A DNA stretch of 32,000 nucleotides from an uncultured Oligoflexia bacterium (lineage in GTDB: Bacteria > Bdellovibrionota > UBA1018 > UBA6935): the NCBI GenBank assembly GCA_964013565.1, contig CAXGWU010000008.1, positions 30,950 to 62,949 of the forward strand, written 5' to 3'. Made by a program: the position numbers and the translations under genes. The notes under the pieces are model-generated. The model worked only from the letters and a program-made list of their open reading frames with translations. It searched no databases and was not told where the DNA came from. How positions within the stretch are numbered: the first letter of the stretch is position 1; each line of letters opens with the position of its first letter. Positions 27,385 to 32,000 of the stretch are shown in pieces.

Positions 27385-28821
27385 ATGACTGAAAAAAAAT
27401 ATGACCTCATTGTAATAGGATCAGGACCCAGTGGGCATCATGCCGCAATTCAAGCTGCAAAAGCCGGCTTTAAAGCACTTGTCATTGAAAAACAAGTTTT
27501 GGGGGGCGGTTGTATTTACTCAGGTACTATCCCATCAAAATCTTTAAGAGAGAGTGTTTATCGATGGTCTATGGGATCTAAGGGAACCATGGGAAGGGAA
27601 CAGGAGCACTACTCTGATATCACTGACCTTCCAGATTTTCCGGATATGTCTAGACTCTTAAGAAGAAAGAATAGAGTGGTTCAAGAAGGGTCAGAGATTT
27701 TTGAAGCCCAATTAAAACGAAATCATGTCGATTTTTTAATGGGTGAAGCTCAGATTCTTTCTCCTCATTCTGTCAAAGTTGTTCAATCCTCGGGTGATCA
27801 AGTCGTTCATGGAAGTCATCTTGTGATTGCAACGGGGTCTTCCCCGGTTCAGCATCCTCATCTTCCGGTCGATGGAGAGTTGGTGGTTGATAGTGATACT
27901 GTGTTTGACTTAAAGAAAGTCCCAAAACGAATGGTTGTTTTGGGGGCAGGAGTGATCGGTTCAGAATATGCCGCCATGTTCTTAATGGCAGGAACTCAAG
28001 TCACTCTGATTGATCGCCATCAAAGAGTATTAGATTTTGTGGATCGAGAAATTGTCAGTCATTTACTCGAACGTTTTGATCACTATGGTTTAGAGCTTAA
28101 GCTTGAAACTGAATGCGAAAAAGTAGAAGTGAGAAAAACAAAAAAGGGATCTGTAGTCGATGTCTTTTTAAATGATGGGACTGTGCTTGAAACAGATGTG
28201 GTTCTTGTTGCTTTAGGTAGAAAAGGAAATGTTGAAGGTTTGGGTTTAGAGAACATCGGGTTAAAACCAACTGATCGAGGTTTGATTGAGGTTGAAAAAT
28301 CTTATGAAACATCCGTTCCTGGAGTTTATGCAGTTGGAGATGTGATTGGTTTTCCTGCTCTGGCTTCAACCAGTAAAGAGCAAGGAAGGGTCGCTACTTG
28401 TCATGCTCTAGGACTTGATGATGCGTGTTCTAAATCAAAAAATTACCCCTATGGGATTTATACGATTCCTGAGATTTCAACGATTGGATTAACTGAAGAA
28501 CAGGCGATTGCAGAAGGAAAAGATTTTGTGATTGGTCGCGCTCCATACAAAGAGCTCGCAAGAGGACAGATTGTTGGAGATCAATGGGGAATGCTGAAGC
28601 TTGTCGTTGAAAAAGGATCTCTCAAAATTCTGGGTGTTCATATTATCGGAGAGAGTGCCGCAGATATTATTGGAATTGGGCAAGCAGTCATGGATCTCGG
28701 TGGAGATGTTAATTACTTCGTTGGGACTGTTTTTAACTACCCGACCTGGGCGGAAGCCTATAAAGCAGCAGCGCTGCACGCGATGAATTGTTATCTGGGG
28801 CGTCATGACTCTGAGAACTAG
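27385..28821 (+). CDS. sthA: Soluble pyridine nucleotide transhydrogenase-like flavoprotein
   Basis: FAD motif VIGSGPSGHHAAIQAAKAG, GGGCIYSGTIPSKSLRE (single Cys, as in SthA rather than the CxxxxC of lipoamide dehydrogenases), GAGVIGSEYAAMF, VYAVGDVIG. Confidence 0.85.
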   Translation: MTEKKYDLIVIGSGPSGHHAAIQAAKAGFKALVIEKQVLGGGCIYSGTIPSKSLRESVYRWSMGSKGTMGREQEHYSDITDLPDFPDMSRLLRRKNRVVQEGSEIFEAQLKRNHVDFLMGEAQILSPHSVKVVQSSGDQVVHGSHLVIATGSSPVQHPHLPVDGELVVDSDTVFDLKKVPKRMVVLGAGVIGSEYAAMFLMAGTQVTLIDRHQRVLDFVDREIVSHLLERFDHYGLELKLETECEKVEVRKTKKGSVVDVFLNDGTVLETDVVLVALGRKGNVEGLGLENIGLKPTDRGLIEVEKSYETSVPGVYAVGDVIGFPALASTSKEQGRVATCHALGLDDACSKSKNYPYGIYTIPEISTIGLTEEQAIAEGKDFVIGRAPYKELARGQIVGDQWGMLKLVVEKGSLKILGVHIIGESAADIIGIGQAVMDLGGDVNYFVGTVFNYPTWAEAYKAAALHAMNCYLGRHDSEN

Positions 28822-28864
28822 ATTCTAATCTTTTTTTCCAAAAGACCTATGGTAGAGTGCCTGC

Positions 28865-30208
28865 ATGTCACAAATGGTAAAAGTCAAACAGGTCGTTGCA
28901 CGAGAGGTTTTAGATTCTCGAGGTTTTCCTACAGTCGAGGTTGAAATTTCTGTTCAGCATTCAGATTCTCAAGAGCTTTTTTTAGGACGAGCAATTGTCC
29001 CCTCAGGGGCCTCTACAGGAGAGTTCGAAGCACTTGAATTAAGAGATGGAGACAACTCCAGGTTTTTAGGAAAAGGTGTTCTTAAAGCCGTACAGCATGT
29101 TCAAGAAAAAATTGCCCCAGCGATTGTCGATCGTGAGTTTGCAAGACAATCGCTTTTGGATGATCTTCTGATCGAATTAGATGGAACCTCAAATAAAGGG
29201 AATTTAGGTGCGAATGCAATACTCGGGGTAAGCTTAGCGTTTGCAAGAGCTGCTTCGCAAGCTGAAGGACTTTCTACTTTTGAGTCGATTTCTCAATTAT
29301 TTGAATCTACTGGAGTCACCTTACCTGTTCCATTGATGAATATTATCAATGGAGGAGCTCATGCTGATAACTCCCTTGCCATTCAAGAGTTCATGATTGT
29401 TCCGGCAGGTTTTGATCGATTCAAGGATGCTTTACAGGCTGGAGTTGAGGTCTTTCACCAGCTACGAGTTTTATTGAAAAACGAAGGAGCTGTCACTGCT
29501 GTGGGAGACGAAGGCGGGTTTGCTCCTGATTTTGGAAATGAAGATCCTCATGAGCGAGCCATTGAGATGATTCAGAAAGCAATTACTTCTGCAGGTTATA
29601 AACCCGGAAAACAAATTTTTATTGCTTTAGATGCGGCTTCAAGTGAATTTGCCTCCCATCCTGAAAATCCAGACGATCCTATTCTTTATCGCTTTGAAGG
29701 AAAAGAACGAACAGCAGAAGAGATGATTGATGTTTATGAAAACTGGATTCGAAATTATCCAATTATTTCTATTGAAGATGGCCTTTCAGAGCATGATTGG
29801 AAGGGCTGGACTTTGATGAATGATCGATTGGGAAAGAAGTGTCAGCTCGTGGGAGATGATCTTTTTGTAACAAATATTGAGTTTTTGAAAAAAGGAATAG
29901 AATTACGTGCCGCTAATTCTATTTTGATTAAACTCAATCAAATCGGAACTCTCACAGAAACTTTAGAGACGATGAGAATGGCTGCGCAAAATGGATTCTC
30001 TGCAATTACTTCTCATCGAAGTGGTGAAACTGAAGATGTATTTATCGCTGAGCTTGCAGTGGGGACCGACTGTGGTCAGATTAAAACAGGTTCAGCCTGT
30101 CGTACTGATCGGATTGCGAAATATAATCAACTTCTTCGAATTGAGGAGCTCTTAGGGTCTCGAGCTCGATTTGCTGGTAAATCTACTTTTCGCGGTTTAG
30201 AATCGTAG
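28865..30208 (+). CDS. eno: Enolase (phosphopyruvate hydratase)
   Basis: REVLDSRGFPTVEVEI, GGAHADNSLAIQEFMIVP, VGDEGGFAP, SIEDGLSEHDW, LIKLNQIGTLTET, SHRSGETEDVFIAELAVG. Confidence 0.98.
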   Translation: MSQMVKVKQVVAREVLDSRGFPTVEVEISVQHSDSQELFLGRAIVPSGASTGEFEALELRDGDNSRFLGKGVLKAVQHVQEKIAPAIVDREFARQSLLDDLLIELDGTSNKGNLGANAILGVSLAFARAASQAEGLSTFESISQLFESTGVTLPVPLMNIINGGAHADNSLAIQEFMIVPAGFDRFKDALQAGVEVFHQLRVLLKNEGAVTAVGDEGGFAPDFGNEDPHERAIEMIQKAITSAGYKPGKQIFIALDAASSEFASHPENPDDPILYRFEGKERTAEEMIDVYENWIRNYPIISIEDGLSEHDWKGWTLMNDRLGKKCQLVGDDLFVTNIEFLKKGIELRAANSILIKLNQIGTLTETLETMRMAAQNGFSAITSHRSGETEDVFIAELAVGTDCGQIKTGSACRTDRIAKYNQLLRIEELLGSRARFAGKSTFRGLES

Positions 30209-30209
30209 G

Positions 30210-30608
30210 GTGTCTTTTCAAAAATCGAAAAAGCTAAAATCTAGAAAAAAGAAACCCATTGATCAGATGTCTGATCCTGTAGAGTCTTTTAAGCGCTATC
30301 AAAAACATTGGCTGTGGGTCGCGTTTATTTGTATTTGGCTTGTTTTTGTTTCTGGCGTTTTTGGAGAGAAAGGAAGATCTCCGGGCCTTTTACAAGCCTT
30401 TCGTTTAAAAAGTTTACTTAAAAATAAAAAAAGAGAACTCGCGTCTCTTGAGGACCAAGTCAAAGAACTTTCTGTGCGTGTAGATAAACTGACTAAAGAC
30501 CCTGTGACTCAACAAAAGGTCATTCGAGAAGTTCTTGGATACGCAGCTGAAGATGAAATTGTCTTTGATTTTCATGAAAACTCTTTAAGAACTTTACACC
30601 GTCAATAA
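30210..30608 (+). CDS. FtsB/DivIC-like septum formation initiator protein
   Basis: GTG start; one TM segment WLWVAFICIWLVFVSGVF then coiled coil LLKNKKRELASLEDQVKELSVRVDKL and VIREVLGYAAEDEIVF; directly downstream of eno. Confidence 0.78.
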   Translation: MSFQKSKKLKSRKKKPIDQMSDPVESFKRYQKHWLWVAFICIWLVFVSGVFGEKGRSPGLLQAFRLKSLLKNKKRELASLEDQVKELSVRVDKLTKDPVTQQKVIREVLGYAAEDEIVFDFHENSLRTLHRQ

Positions 30609-30623
30609 ATTGATTTCTTTACA

Positions 30624-30651
30624 TTGACTGATATTTTCGACAGAATAATAA
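30624..30651 (+). promoter_or_regulatory. Candidate sigma70-type promoter for cold-shock gene
   Basis: TTGACT (30624-30629), 16-nt spacer, TAATAA (30646-30651); ATG at 30687 with GGAGGA at 30671-30676. Confidence 0.5.
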
Positions 30652-30686
30652 AAGAACAGATCGTTCAACTGGAGGAATGATCCGAT

Positions 30687-30890
30687 ATGGCATCAGGAAA
30701 AGTCAAATGGTTTAATGACGCAAAGGGTTTTGGTTTTATAGAAATGACCGATGGACAAGAACTCTTTGTTCACTTTTCAGCGATACAACAAGATGGACAT
30801 AAAACATTGTCTGAAGGACAAAGAGTACGTTTTGATGTTTATGACTCTCAAAAGGGCCGTCTCGCTCTCAATGTTATGCAAGATGAATAA
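30687..30890 (+). CDS. Cold shock protein (CspA family)
   Basis: 67 aa, [16 protein letters not shown] (RNP1) and LFVHFSAIQ (RNP2). Confidence 0.96.
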   Translation: MASGKVKWFNDAKGFGFIEMTDGQELFVHFSAIQQDGHKTLSEGQRVRFDVYDSQKGRLALNVMQDE

Positions 30891-31575
30891 GTTTATTATT
30901 ATCATCGGATTGATTTTTTCGATTCAGTCTCATGCAACAGAACGGCATTTCAATCCTCTTTTTAGTCAGTCCCATTTACTTCCAAGTCCTTATACTTTGT
31001 CTGCAGGTCAGTTTGTTTATGGTAGTCAACTTGCTCTAGGCATTACTGACTTTTTACAAATCAGCACTGATTTTTTAAGAGATCTTTTTCAAATTTATAA
31101 CGCTCAACTTAAAGTTAATCTTGTTGATACTTCCTTGTTTGCTTGGACATTGTCTTTGGGGTTTCAAACATTTAATTATCAAGACATTGATTCGTCAAAC
31201 CCTGCTATTCAAATTACTTCATATCGACCTGGAACCGTTTTTGCTTTTGGATTGGGATCAAGAGTCGCATGGTTTTTAGGGGGATCTGCAGATCTTTCAA
31301 ATCAGAAAAAATCTACAAATGTGCAAACTTCGGGGTTTGTTCAAGGACATGTGATCGAAAGTGATTGGTCTTTTGCTTATAAAACAAAAGACGACGAACC
31401 TGAATATGGGTATGCGATCGCTGTCGGTGGGTCTTATGATTTGACTTATAAATTGATCGGGGTCGGATTAAGTCACCACTGGCCTTCTTTTAGAATCGGA
31501 GTTCATTATTACATCAATGCTGATCGATCTCGAATCTTGCCTTTGATTACCGGAGGAGGAACTCTTTTCTTTTAA
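30883..31575 (+). CDS. Putative outer-membrane beta-barrel protein
   Basis: Signal peptide [18 protein letters not shown] from ATG 30883; many alternating strands; ORF-track start at 30751 would add a signal-less peptide overlapping the csp gene. Confidence 0.65.
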   Translation: MNKFIIIIGLIFSIQSHATERHFNPLFSQSHLLPSPYTLSAGQFVYGSQLALGITDFLQISTDFLRDLFQIYNAQLKVNLVDTSLFAWTLSLGFQTFNYQDIDSSNPAIQITSYRPGTVFAFGLGSRVAWFLGGSADLSNQKKSTNVQTSGFVQGHVIESDWSFAYKTKDDEPEYGYAIAVGGSYDLTYKLIGVGLSHHWPSFRIGVHYYINADRSRILPLITGGGTLFF

Positions 31576-31590
31576 AGTGAAAAGATGAAA

Positions 31591-31995
31591 TTACGCTTCG
31601 GAGTGTCGATGCTCTGCAGTTACCACTGTTTTAATATTTCCACGAACATTAAAGTCCCCTTTGATTTCCATAAACCATGGGTCCAGTAATTCTACAAACT
31701 CATCAAGGAGGACGTTAACAACGTCCTCATGGAAGATTCCTTTGTTTCTGAATTTGTTCAGATAAAGTTTGAGGCTCTTGAGTTCAACACACCATTCTTT
31801 GGGTTCATATTGAATATACAGAGTTGCAAAATCCGGGAATCCAGATTTAGGACAAATGCAAGTGAACTCAGGACAAGTGAATTCTACTCGGTAGCGCCTT
31901 ACAGGGGTTCGATTAGGGAAGCGTTCAAGTTGCGCTTCTTCAATGATTTTTAAGCCATCTGGGCGTTCATTAGATAGAGTGATATTGTCAGACAT
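31591..31995 (-). CDS. queF: NADPH-dependent 7-cyano-7-deazaguanine reductase (short form)
   Basis: Catalytic Cys context CICPKSGFPDFATLYIQY; VELKSLKLYLNKFRNKGIFHEDVVN QueF motif. Confidence 0.93.
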   Translation of the reverse strand: MSDNITLSNERPDGLKIIEEAQLERFPNRTPVRRYRVEFTCPEFTCICPKSGFPDFATLYIQYEPKEWCVELKSLKLYLNKFRNKGIFHEDVVNVLLDEFVELLDPWFMEIKGDFNVRGNIKTVVTAEHRHSEA

Positions 31996-32000
31996 GTGTT

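Noticed and set aside
30751-30882. N-terminal 44 aa extension of the barrel-like ORF
   Set aside because: It reads through the csp gene in another frame and would bury the signal peptide starting at 30883.
1-32000. CRISPR array, rRNA/tRNA genes, transposase or prophage genes, restriction or other defence operons
   Set aside because: Looked for repeated spacer-like units, cloverleaf-type segments and recognisable protein motifs; none could be supported by reading the sequence.

Overview
The window is mostly a housekeeping and cell-envelope segment of a low-to-mid GC, Gram-negative-like chromosome. Signal peptides, lipoboxes and beta-barrel-like proteins are frequent. A Bdellovibrionota-like origin is my guess from gene content only. 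Left to right it contains: the end of a secreted protein gene cut by the window edge; a type II fatty-acid-synthesis cluster on the minus strand (DUF177/YceD, rpmF, fabH, fabD, fabG, acpP, fabF) with no plsX; an H1-like Lys/Ala-rich protein with a C-terminal Cys3His motif; secreted or unknown genes and an HtrA/DegQ-type protease; thiolase plus both 3-oxoacid CoA-transferase subunits; two overlapping secreted proteins of unknown function; a signal-peptide-bearing degenerate kinase-like protein; a lipoprotein gamma-glutamyltransferase; a vWA lipoprotein; a run of four envelope genes (His-rich membrane/TPR-like protein, FecR-like, beta-barrel, DUF2265-type aminopeptidase); PIN-PhoH ATPase; a RelE-like toxin C-terminal remnant missed by the ORF track; a cupredoxin-fold protein; a CpaF-type ATPase; TrmB-like, SthA-like, Eno, FtsB/DivIC-like, cold-shock and QueF proteins. 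I found no CRISPR array, no rRNA or tRNA gene, no intact mobile element and no clear defence system. The observations most worth following up are the RelE-like remnant, the exported pseudokinase-like protein, the H1-like/Cys-His fusion, the His-rich envelope gene run, the stop-codon-spanning hairpin between convergent genes, and the fabF insertion at a C6GC6 tract.
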